A stretch of 60,321 nucleotides of DNA. Source: Pseudomonadota bacterium. Lineage in GTDB: Bacteria; Pseudomonadota; Alphaproteobacteria; Rhodobacterales; Rhodobacteraceae. The translations under genes and the position numbers were made by a program. Shown here piece by piece: positions 50,494 through 59,079 of the stretch. Numbering within the stretch: the first letter of the stretch is position 1; each line of letters opens with the position of its first letter. The stretch covers positions 1-60,321 of the forward strand of contig JBCCPQ010000001.1 of NCBI GenBank assembly GCA_039024825.1, in the 5' to 3' direction. Below the pieces are notes generated by a model. It had not been told where the DNA came from, did not search any database, and saw only the letters and a program-made list of their open reading frames with translations.

Positions 50494-53055
50494 ATGTTGA
50501 CACGGCGGAGCTTCCTTGTGGCGGCCTTGTGCAGCACCGCGATGCCCCTGGCCTCGGCCCGGGCGCAAACGACATGCCTGTCGGAGGTGCGCTCCTTGGA
50601 TGGGTCGCTCCCTAGTTTGCTGCGGGAGATCGCGTTGCGCGACCCGTTCCAAGCGATCCCGATCCTGCAAACCTGCCGTCCGATCGATGGGGAAAACGGG
50701 CGGGCGACCCTGGCCCGAATGTTCTTCGAGCAGACGCGCTTCTATCGTGTACCCCGCGCGAACGGGTCGCCGACCCCTGCACTGATCTTGGGAGCCGCCG
50801 AGCCGGCTGAGGGCGCGATAGGCCCCTTGCTAAGATGCACCAGCGAAGCCGCTACCTTCCCCACGCCGATGTTCGACTGGCCGTCCGAGAGGGGTACGGG
50901 ACGAGGCCGGGGGCGTGGACGGGGAAGAGGACGGGGTCGCGGGAGAGGGCGAGGCCGCGGGCGTAGCCGTTCGCTGGCGACCGAATTCCAGACGGGCGTA
51001 CTGGACCGGCTGTTCGAGGAGGAGACGGCGCATTTCCGTGTGGAGGTCACAAAGGCTCTGCCGGCGATGGTCGAACTGCTTCGCACCGGGCCCGCCGATT
51101 ACGCGGCCAACCCCGAGGCGGCGCCCTTCTATCTCCCGGATCCCGATCATGTCGGCCCTGCCTACGCCGCCGAGATCGAGACGATCTTGGAAATGCAGGC
51201 GGACCGCGAAGGCTTCGGCGGCCCCGATGTCGAGACGGATATCCGCAACGAGATCGAAGATATCGTCACCCCCTTCATGCGGGAATTGGCCGACACTGCC
51301 GGTCCGCCGGGCAGCATCCTGAAGCTGATGAACATGATGGACATGGCCGGCTTCACCATCGCCTATCACCTCAAACGGCGCTTCGGACGCTTACGCCCGC
51401 ACGTCGCCGACCGGCGGGTCGATCCCCTGATCGACGTGCCGACTCATTCGGCCTATCCGAGCGCGCATGCCGTCCAGACCCATCTGATCGCCCATGCCAT
51501 CGCCGAGATCTACGAGGACAGTGCCCTGACCGGCCAGGTCTTCGAGACGGCCAGACGGATCAGCATCAACCGTGAGATAGCGGGCGTACACTACGCGTCG
51601 GACACGGAGGCCGGCATCCTGATCGCCCAGGTCGTGTTCCCGATGGTGCGGCTGGTGCTCGATCCGGTGTTTACCGAAGCAGTCGAAGCGATGCGGCCCG
51701 AGCGTGCAGCGGATTGCTCTTGGTTGGGCCTGCCGGACCTGGGGGCAATGGAGGGTGCCAGCATACCAGACGGGATGCCCTGGAATCTGGCCGCGCTCGG
51801 CTTGGATTCCATCGGCACCCAAGGCGACACCGGCGCTCCCATCGACGGTACGGGACAGGTGGTCGCAATGATCGACGGGGCCGTCGACGTGACCCATCCC
51901 GCTTTGGCCGACGCCATCGAGGACCGGTTCACGAACATCGACTATCCCGCGCCCAGCGGCGACCCCTGGCCGATGGGATCGAAGGGGATAGGCCACGGAA
52001 CCGCGATGGCGGGACTGATTGCCGGGCGGGACGGCGGCCGCCGGATGGGTGTCGCGCCGGGCGCGAAGCTGCACGTCGCGCGGGCTGCGAACCTCGTGGG
52101 CGACGATCCGATGAACCGGGAGGATCTTGCCGTCGCGGTGCTGGATCTCGCTCTCGCCGGGGACATCAAGCAGGACGGTTTCGGCGATCCTTGTGGGCGT
52201 GGCGGGACCCTCATCGCACCCTTGGCCGCGCTGCTGCTGTCGCTCGACTTCGCGCGTCCCGAGCGACCGCCCGTGGCCGGGGTCGACGGAACCGGTTCAA
52301 ACCCCCGCGAGATCGATCCTTTCATCCTGGCGATACTGATCGCTCAGACGCAGGTCCCCGTCGTGATCGCCGCGGGCAATTCCGGTGCGTCTGGCTTAGC
52401 CTACCCAGCTGGGGCCGGGGACTACGAGGATACGGTTCGAGTCCTGACCGACCCGCAACGGCAAGCGGACGTGCTTGAGGTGCTGAACCGTCTGGCCCGC
52501 CGGCTGGGGGGGCGTATCGACCAATACGAATTGCAACGCCAACTGTACGCCTTCGTCGCGGAGCATGTCGCGCCGCTGAAGTCACGCATCGCGCAGAGCG
52601 GATCGTCGACGGATTATGACCCATTCGCCGATACGGGAATCGTGGTCGTCGGCGCCGCCGCGCCAAACGCGGACGGGACGTTTCGCCCGACGGCCTACAG
52701 CCAACACGGTCCGGGGCTGTGCGTCTTGGCCCCGTCGGCTTCCGAGGGGCCGCGGCCGATGCGTTGCGGTATGGAAGGGGGCGGCACGAACCCCGTCTAT
52801 ACCGCCGACATCCTGGGGCCGGGCGGTTTCGCCAGCGATCCGACCGCGACCGTCAGCCATGAAGGACAGCGCACCGGTTTCGGCGGCACGTCGGCGGCGG
52901 CGGCGCAGGTCGCCGGGGCCCTGGCGCTGATCGCGTCCGTCGATGGACCCGCGACACCGGCCGACAGGCGGCGACGGTTGCGGGACCTCGCCACCGGAGA
53001 ATCCTACAGCAACGAGACCGGCTACGGTGCCCTGAACCTGGAGTCCCTGACATGA
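50494..53055 (+). CDS. Tat-exported PAP2/vanadium-haloperoxidase-like domain fused to S8 subtilase
   Basis: AGGAG RBS; TRRSFL Tat signal; KRRFGRLRP, YPSAH, NREIAGVHYASD (PAP2 motifs); IDGAV, HGTAMAG, AAGN, GTSAAA (S8). Confidence 0.85.
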   Translation: MLTRRSFLVAALCSTAMPLASARAQTTCLSEVRSLDGSLPSLLREIALRDPFQAIPILQTCRPIDGENGRATLARMFFEQTRFYRVPRANGSPTPALILGAAEPAEGAIGPLLRCTSEAATFPTPMFDWPSERGTGRGRGRGRGRGRGRGRGRGRGRSRSLATEFQTGVLDRLFEEETAHFRVEVTKALPAMVELLRTGPADYAANPEAAPFYLPDPDHVGPAYAAEIETILEMQADREGFGGPDVETDIRNEIEDIVTPFMRELADTAGPPGSILKLMNMMDMAGFTIAYHLKRRFGRLRPHVADRRVDPLIDVPTHSAYPSAHAVQTHLIAHAIAEIYEDSALTGQVFETARRISINREIAGVHYASDTEAGILIAQVVFPMVRLVLDPVFTEAVEAMRPERAADCSWLGLPDLGAMEGASIPDGMPWNLAALGLDSIGTQGDTGAPIDGTGQVVAMIDGAVDVTHPALADAIEDRFTNIDYPAPSGDPWPMGSKGIGHGTAMAGLIAGRDGGRRMGVAPGAKLHVARAANLVGDDPMNREDLAVAVLDLALAGDIKQDGFGDPCGRGGTLIAPLAALLLSLDFARPERPPVAGVDGTGSNPREIDPFILAILIAQTQVPVVIAAGNSGASGLAYPAGAGDYEDTVRVLTDPQRQADVLEVLNRLARRLGGRIDQYELQRQLYAFVAEHVAPLKSRIAQSGSSTDYDPFADTGIVVVGAAAPNADGTFRPTAYSQHGPGLCVLAPSASEGPRPMRCGMEGGGTNPVYTADILGPGGFASDPTATVSHEGQRTGFGGTSAAAAQVAGALALIASVDGPATPADRRRRLRDLATGESYSNETGYGALNLESLT
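50899..50964 (+). repeat. (Gly-Arg)11 coding dipeptide tract
   Basis: 11 consecutive GR pairs encoded by varied synonymous codons. Confidence 0.9.
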
Positions 53056-54620
53056 TGAGCTTCCGCGCGACCGTAATATCCTTCCTCGTCGGCACCAGCG
53101 CTGGCTGGACGCAAAGCCCCCCAGACGCAGGACCGTCCGAACCCCCACTGGTTCAGGTGGAACCGCAGTTTCGCAACTTGGATCAAGGTAACCGGATCAC
53201 CGACCCATCATCGTCGAATATAGAGCTGGACGATACGGTATTGCAGCGCACCTACCTCGTATCGCGCCAGGTGCAATCCAGGCGGGTGCAAGGACTCAAC
53301 GCGCAACTGGCCGCCGCTCCGTCAGTCATCGACACCGTTATCCGTGATATGCAAACCGGTGGAGCAGAACGCGGGTGCATCGCGCTCGACGATGGGGCGT
53401 GGGTCACGGCGACGCTTAGCGATGAGCGGACGCATCTGACACCCGGCGGTGGCCCCGTCCACGGAATCGTACCCAACATCCGCCACGGATTCGATAGGCC
53501 AGAGGTTCCGCACTTCGTCGGCCGCACGCCTGACGGAGGGGATCTCAACACCGGACCGAGGACAGGCGGGCTTTGCACCGGTATCGGACCATCCTCCGGT
53601 AACGGTTCCAGTGCGGTTCATGGGGATCCGAACAATGGACGTGGCGGGGGCGGTGGTTCGTCGTCCGCAACCGACCCGGACGTTCTGCGGGTCTGCACGG
53701 ACGATACGTCGGACCCCGCAGCCTACTGCGCGCTCTTCACTGTGGCCTTGGCCGATATATCGGAGCAAGAACAGGTCTGCACGGGCGTCGTGCTGAACGA
53801 CGACAAGATCTTAACGGCCGCTCATTGCGTTTGCGGCCGCCTGGACGGTTCATCTCTCGCGGAATCCATTCGTGCGACAATCATGGTCGAGGGCAAGCCG
53901 GTGTGGTTGCCGCTCTCTCGGGATCCAGTCGCCGTTTTCCCTGATGCAGACCCCCTCGGCAAGGGGTGCGACCCGTCCGAAGGTGCCCCTGGTGTCGCCA
54001 AAAATGGCGATCTCGCCTTGATCACGCTCGCGCCTGGAGCGCTAGACCGCGTGCAAGAGGCGCTTTCCGGATTGGTCGGTCCCACGGATCCACGGATCGT
54101 CCGGCTGCGCGCCCCGCTCGGACAGGCACCCGATGCGATCTGGGATGAAATGGACGGCGTCGCGGACACGTTCGCGATCTGGAGCTACGGAGTAGGACCG
54201 GACCCGCTAGGCAGCCGGGACGAGAACCGTGCTGTCAGCCTGCCGGTCCTGAAACGGGACGAATGCCCAGACGGGGATTGCAGCGGTCCGCTGCACGTCA
54301 CGCTGGGCGATCCGGCCATCGGATTATGCGAGGGCGACAGCGGCGCGGGCGTGTTCAAACCGCTCGTGGAAGGGGTCGAAGCCGAAGGCTACGGCGCATG
54401 GGGCCTGATGGGGATCGTGAGCGGTATCGGCACCGATTCGGCCTGTCACGATATCGGTGGCCTCCTGGATCACCATCACGAGCGTCGGGTCGTCCGCCTG
54501 GATACGCCCGACGTCATAACATGGCTCGAAGCGAACGGCGGGGCGGACCTGCGATACGCCAAGACGCGCGCCCGGCACGAGGACCTTACGGTCGCCATCG
54601 TGACCCCGTCGGACGACTGA
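53052..54620 (+). CDS. Secreted trypsin-like (S1) serine protease
   Basis: Short signal-like N-terminus, long low-complexity pro-region, CTGVVL, LTAAHC, GDLALI, CEGDSGAG. Confidence 0.85.
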   Translation: MMSFRATVISFLVGTSAGWTQSPPDAGPSEPPLVQVEPQFRNLDQGNRITDPSSSNIELDDTVLQRTYLVSRQVQSRRVQGLNAQLAAAPSVIDTVIRDMQTGGAERGCIALDDGAWVTATLSDERTHLTPGGGPVHGIVPNIRHGFDRPEVPHFVGRTPDGGDLNTGPRTGGLCTGIGPSSGNGSSAVHGDPNNGRGGGGGSSSATDPDVLRVCTDDTSDPAAYCALFTVALADISEQEQVCTGVVLNDDKILTAAHCVCGRLDGSSLAESIRATIMVEGKPVWLPLSRDPVAVFPDADPLGKGCDPSEGAPGVAKNGDLALITLAPGALDRVQEALSGLVGPTDPRIVRLRAPLGQAPDAIWDEMDGVADTFAIWSYGVGPDPLGSRDENRAVSLPVLKRDECPDGDCSGPLHVTLGDPAIGLCEGDSGAGVFKPLVEGVEAEGYGAWGLMGIVSGIGTDSACHDIGGLLDHHHERRVVRLDTPDVITWLEANGGADLRYAKTRARHEDLTVAIVTPSDD

Positions 54621-54663
54621 CGTTCCTGCATCTTCACGCCCTTCGGGCCTATTGACGGCATTT

Positions 54664-54713
54664 CTGACGCCGGGCTGACGTCGGGCTGACGCGGCCCTGA
54701 CGCCCGGCTGACG
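54664..54713 (+). promoter_or_regulatory. Five CTGACG direct repeats at exact 11-bp period (SARP/OmpR-type operator candidate)
   Basis: CTGACG starts at 54664, 54675, 54686, 54697, 54708; intergenic, 77 nt upstream of the 54791 ATG. Confidence 0.75.
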
Positions 54714-54790
54714 CCGCACCTCCAGACATCGTCTCAGGCAGACGCCTCCTCGTCGTTTCGGCGGGGTCAGACGATCAATGGAGACTGCAT

Positions 54791-55300
54791 ATGTCCATGG
54801 AAGATGTTGGAAACGACGACCCCCTTAACGATGCGAGCTTCGACATCGAAGACGACGCGCCGGAGCTGGCCGAACTCGACCGCGAGTTCGCGGAATTCGA
54901 AACCGATTACGGTGTGAGCCTCGGCGACGGCGACACGGAAAGCGCCGACCCGCTCGCCGCCTTGGAAGCCGCTATCGCGGGAACCGAGTTCGCGGATGGC
55001 GGTAGCCGCGGGTTGATGGAGTTCAACGTGCTGGATCTGGCCGATGGCCGGATGCCCGCCGGCATGGAATCGATGCCCGAAGGCTTCTGGCCGTCGGTCA
55101 AGAAGATCCTCGTCCGTCCGATCGCGCGGAAGGCCAAGAAGCTCATCCGCAAGTTGGTGGGCCTGGTGCGGAAGTACCGGAAATACGCGCCCTGCGCCCC
55201 GGCCGTGATGAAGGCCGTCGCCGCGTTCAAGGCCAAGCAGTACGGCACCGCGATCAAGGCAGGCTATTCCGCCTATCGCTGCATCCGCTCGAAGCGCTGA
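54791..55300 (+). CDS. Putative peptide precursor: acidic leader + cationic amphipathic core
   Basis: GGAGA RBS; residues 1-97 contain 28 D/E, residues 98-169 contain 21 K/R, no D/E and 2 Cys. Confidence 0.8.
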   Translation: MSMEDVGNDDPLNDASFDIEDDAPELAELDREFAEFETDYGVSLGDGDTESADPLAALEAAIAGTEFADGGSRGLMEFNVLDLADGRMPAGMESMPEGFWPSVKKILVRPIARKAKKLIRKLVGLVRKYRKYAPCAPAVMKAVAAFKAKQYGTAIKAGYSAYRCIRSKR

Positions 55301-55306
55301 GCGACT

Positions 55307-55337
55307 GGCGGCCGGTCCGGTCTGCGGACCGGCCGTC
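55307..55337 (+). other. GC-rich 13-bp stem-loop after the precursor gene (no U-tract)
   Basis: GGCGGCCGGTCCG-GTCTG-CGGACCGGCCGTC. Confidence 0.65.
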
Positions 55338-55370
55338 TCCATCCCCCTGAACGAAGAAGGAGTCCTCGTC

Positions 55371-56480
55371 ATGTGTGGTGAGGGAACGAACAAGGATTGC
55401 ACCGGCGGCTGCGGGTGCGAGCGGGACGACGACGTCTACGACGAGGCGCGCCTGTCGCGGGACCTCGACGAGATGGAGGCCGCGATGGACGACGACGGTG
55501 ATCTCCTACTGACCGAAGCGGGCGAATGGGCCCCGGCGGACGGTCCCGGCGACGTCGAGCGCGGCGACGCCCATGACGATGACGACGACGCGGACGAAAC
55601 CGACGATGGCGCCGAACTATTCGAGGACGGCTACGACGCCGACACGCATGGTGGCGGCCGGATCGAATACGTCCCCGGCTATGATCCATCCGCGGCGCTG
55701 CTCAGAGGGTTGTCCCAACCCGAGACCCTACCGCTTCCCGCCGGCTACGACCGGATGATCCACGCGGGACAGGCCCATTACGGCCAGGGCAAGGACCTCC
55801 GCGAAAGCTTGTGCGGCGGCGATGACCGGACCCAGGTCACGGACACCAGCGCGCCGCCATGGCGCATGATCGCCAAGCTTTTCATCACGGCGAGAAACGG
55901 AAAATCGTATGTCGGAACGGGCTTCTTCATCTCCCCCAGGACCGTGATGACAGCGGGCCATTGCGTCTTCACCCAGGAGACGGGCGGCTGGGCCGAACGG
56001 ATCGAGGTCGTTCCCGGCATGAACGGCCGATACCGCCCCTTCGGCAGCGCCACTGCCACGAAATTCCGAAGCGTCGGCGGTTGGACCCGGAACGCCGACC
56101 CAGCGCAGGATTACGGCTGCATCGTCTTGCCGCCATCGGCGCGGTTAGGGGACCGGACGGGATGGTATGGCTTCGCCAGCCTGCGGCGCAGGAACCTGAA
56201 GCGCCTGCTCGTCAACGTCGCAGGCTATCCCGCCGACAAGGCAGTGGGCACCCAGTGGTTCCACGCGGGCCGGGTCGAGGCGGTGCGCCGCCGCCGGCTG
56301 GAATACCTAATGGACACGTTCGGCGGCAATTCCGGCGGACCCGCCTTCCGAGCCGACGCCACGAACGGGCGCCGGCATGTCGTGGGGATCCACAATTATG
56401 GCGGCTGCAATAACAAGGCCTCCCGCATCGACCCGGCGCTGTTCCGGCAGATGAAGGACTGGAAGGCCTTGGGCGCCTGA
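55371..56480 (+). CDS. V8-like glutamyl endopeptidase with acidic pro-region, no signal peptide
   Basis: AAGGAG RBS; RE|SLCGGDDRTQV, GTGFFI, TAGHC, QDYG, DTFGGNSGGP, GIH. Confidence 0.9.
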   Translation: MCGEGTNKDCTGGCGCERDDDVYDEARLSRDLDEMEAAMDDDGDLLLTEAGEWAPADGPGDVERGDAHDDDDDADETDDGAELFEDGYDADTHGGGRIEYVPGYDPSAALLRGLSQPETLPLPAGYDRMIHAGQAHYGQGKDLRESLCGGDDRTQVTDTSAPPWRMIAKLFITARNGKSYVGTGFFISPRTVMTAGHCVFTQETGGWAERIEVVPGMNGRYRPFGSATATKFRSVGGWTRNADPAQDYGCIVLPPSARLGDRTGWYGFASLRRRNLKRLLVNVAGYPADKAVGTQWFHAGRVEAVRRRRLEYLMDTFGGNSGGPAFRADATNGRRHVVGIHNYGGCNNKASRIDPALFRQMKDWKALGA

Positions 56481-56586
56481 GTCGACCCCCCCCGGCGCGC
56501 GCCGTCCGACGTGCGCGCCGCCCCTCCCTTTCACGATGCGGGACGCGCGCCGCCGCGACGCGTCACAGCCGACGGAATCATACATC

Positions 56587-59016
56587 ATGGCCGACGATTT
56601 CGACCCATTCGTTGAACGGGCCCTCGCCGAGGGTGCCGCCGAAGCCGTTCTGCGGCCCCTGTTCGGCGACGCGCTGTACCGCGAACTGTCCGAACTTGCG
56701 CGGACGGAACCGCCCAATCCCGCCCTCTTGGAAGGTGGGACGGGCCGGACGGTCCTCATCCTGCCGGGCATCATGGGGTCCAAGCTGGCGCTGGAGCGGA
56801 ACGGCCGGCGCGACGCGGTCTGGATCGACCCGTTCGACCTGATAGCGGGCGGCATCCGCAAGCTGCGCATGGACCAGCCCGGCCGAATCCTGCCCACGGG
56901 CGTCGTCCTGTTCGCCTATCTCAAGATGAAGATGCGCCTGCGGCGGGCCGGCTTTCGCGCCCGGTTCGCGCCCTACGATTGGCGCCGAGACCCCGCGCAG
57001 GCCGGCGCGGCCCTGATCGCAGCGATCCGCCGCCAGCGTCTGTCGAACGTCGCCCTAGTCGCGCACAGCATGGGCGGCCTCGTCGCCCGTCAGGCCGCTG
57101 CCCTAGATCCGGATGCCCATCTGATCGGCGATGTCGTCACCGTAGGGACGCCCAACAGGGGCAGCTATTCCCCGGTGGAGGTGTTCCGCCTGACGCATGG
57201 CCTGATCGCCAAGTTGGATGCCCTTGACCTGCGCCACGACGCGCGGGAGATCGTGAGCGACGTGGTCCGCCACTTTCCCAGCCTGGTCCAGATGATGCCG
57301 GACCGGACCGCGCGGCCGGACGAGGATTGGTTCACCGAAGCCGGCTGGCCGCGTGGCGGCGCGGTTCCCGTGTGCGCGACCCTCGACGCGGCGCGGCGGG
57401 CGGCCGCCGCCCTGCCGCCGCCGGACGAAAGGTTCCGCCAGATCGTCGGCATCGGACAAAACACGATCCTGTCGGCCCGCGGTGATGGCGACCGGATCGT
57501 CTACACGCGGGGAACAGACGGCGACGGGACGGTGCCCCGCGACCTGGCGGAGATGGACATGCGGACGGGCCCCGTCCCCCGCTACTACGTGGCGGGCGTG
57601 CATGGCGGCCTGATGAACCGGAACGACGTCATCGCCGCCGTCACGGAGCTGCTGTCGGACGGGACGACAACCGCGTTGCCCGCTCACGTCCCGGTCCTGC
57701 GGGAATCCGGGGCCCCCGTCGCATCGGCGCCCGACTGGACCACCCCGCCGCACGATCTGCCGGCGGGCGGCGTTCTGACCCCTCGCGACCTGTTGCGCGG
57801 CTTCCTGGAAGGGTTGCCCGAGGACCAGGCCGACGACGCCGCGCTGCATGAGGCGGCTCAGGTCCCGCCCGAAACACCGGTGGAAGGCTACAATCCCGCT
57901 GACGTCGCTGCAGCGGCTGACCGCTGGGACCGCCTGGAAGCATGGCGCGAGACGGTCGCGCGCAACGTGGCCCAGGGCAATCCGATCGCAGCCGAAACGC
58001 CGGAGCGCGTGGACCTCTATGTCGACGGGTTGATGCGGCAGGTCGACGACCTCCTGCCCGAGCGCGAGGCGGCGATGCCCGACATCCTGCGCCGCGCCGT
58101 CGTGGACTTCGTGGACCGCCCCGAGGAAGCCGCGGCCGACATCGCGCGCAGCCCTCTTCCGCTGGAGCGCGTCATCGGCGCCGCTGAGGAGTTCCTGTCC
58201 GTCAGCTTCGTCAAGCGGGCCGGCGTCGCCATCCGGTCTGTCGGGCGGATCCTGATCCAGGGAGACCACCTCGCCAGCGGGACCGGGTTCCTCGTGGCGC
58301 CGGGCATCCTGATGACGAACCACCACGTCCTGCCGACCGCCGCCGCCGCGAAACGCGCATCGGTTGAGTTCGACTATGAGTTGGACGCGACGCGCCGGGC
58401 GATGGTCTCGCAGGTCTTCGATCTCGAACCCGATCGCTTCTTCGTGGCGAACGCCGAGCTGGACTATGCCCTGATCACCGTCGCGCCCCACTCGCAGGAC
58501 GGGGCCGCCATCGAGCCGTTCGGGTATCTCCCCCTAATCGAGGGCGAGGGGAAGGCGCGCATCGGCGGGCCGGTCAACATTGTCCAGCATCCGCGCGGCG
58601 AGCGGAAGCAGATCGTGTTCCGCAACAGCACGCTGATCGCCCTGCCGGCGGACATCCCGACCATCGCGGATGCCGACCACGTCGCGGTCTATACGGGCGA
58701 CACGCGACGGGGTTCGTCGGGGTCGCCGGTCTTCAACGACCGATGGGAGGTCGTGGCGCTGCACCATGCCGCGGTGCCGGACCGGGACGCGCGGAACCGC
58801 TACGTGACGCGGTTCGACACGCCATGGGACCGGGCCGCCGATCCGCACATGTCCACCATACGATGGGTCGCCAACGAAGGAATTCGGGTGTCGCGTCTGG
58901 TCGCCCATATCCGGGCCACGTCGAAGCGCAAGAAGGCGGCCGGATCCCAGGCGCGGGCCTGCTTCGCCGCCGTGCTCGCTGGTCGACCGCCGCGCGGCGA
59001 CGTCCACACCCCCTGA
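56587..59016 (+). CDS. Alpha/beta hydrolase (lipase/LCAT-like) fused to trypsin-like protease (start 56587 or 56536)
   Basis: LPGIMGS, YDWR, AHSMGG, GTPNRGS, DGDGTVP, HGGL; LERVIG, GTGFLV, TNHHVL, LDYALI, QHPRG, DTRRGSSGSPV, ALHH. Confidence 0.9.
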   Translation: MADDFDPFVERALAEGAAEAVLRPLFGDALYRELSELARTEPPNPALLEGGTGRTVLILPGIMGSKLALERNGRRDAVWIDPFDLIAGGIRKLRMDQPGRILPTGVVLFAYLKMKMRLRRAGFRARFAPYDWRRDPAQAGAALIAAIRRQRLSNVALVAHSMGGLVARQAAALDPDAHLIGDVVTVGTPNRGSYSPVEVFRLTHGLIAKLDALDLRHDAREIVSDVVRHFPSLVQMMPDRTARPDEDWFTEAGWPRGGAVPVCATLDAARRAAAALPPPDERFRQIVGIGQNTILSARGDGDRIVYTRGTDGDGTVPRDLAEMDMRTGPVPRYYVAGVHGGLMNRNDVIAAVTELLSDGTTTALPAHVPVLRESGAPVASAPDWTTPPHDLPAGGVLTPRDLLRGFLEGLPEDQADDAALHEAAQVPPETPVEGYNPADVAAAADRWDRLEAWRETVARNVAQGNPIAAETPERVDLYVDGLMRQVDDLLPEREAAMPDILRRAVVDFVDRPEEAAADIARSPLPLERVIGAAEEFLSVSFVKRAGVAIRSVGRILIQGDHLASGTGFLVAPGILMTNHHVLPTAAAAKRASVEFDYELDATRRAMVSQVFDLEPDRFFVANAELDYALITVAPHSQDGAAIEPFGYLPLIEGEGKARIGGPVNIVQHPRGERKQIVFRNSTLIALPADIPTIADADHVAVYTGDTRRGSSGSPVFNDRWEVVALHHAAVPDRDARNRYVTRFDTPWDRAADPHMSTIRWVANEGIRVSRLVAHIRATSKRKKAAGSQARACFAAVLAGRPPRGDVHTP

Positions 59017-59079
59017 ACGCGCGCTTCGCCGGTCGGCGAACCGCGAACGGCATCACGCCAACCTTGTGGGAGATCGAAT

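Noticed and set aside
54664-54713. Tandem repeats as a CRISPR array or microsatellite
   Set aside because: Only a 6-nt core with 5-nt spacers, and no cas genes; fits an operator array better
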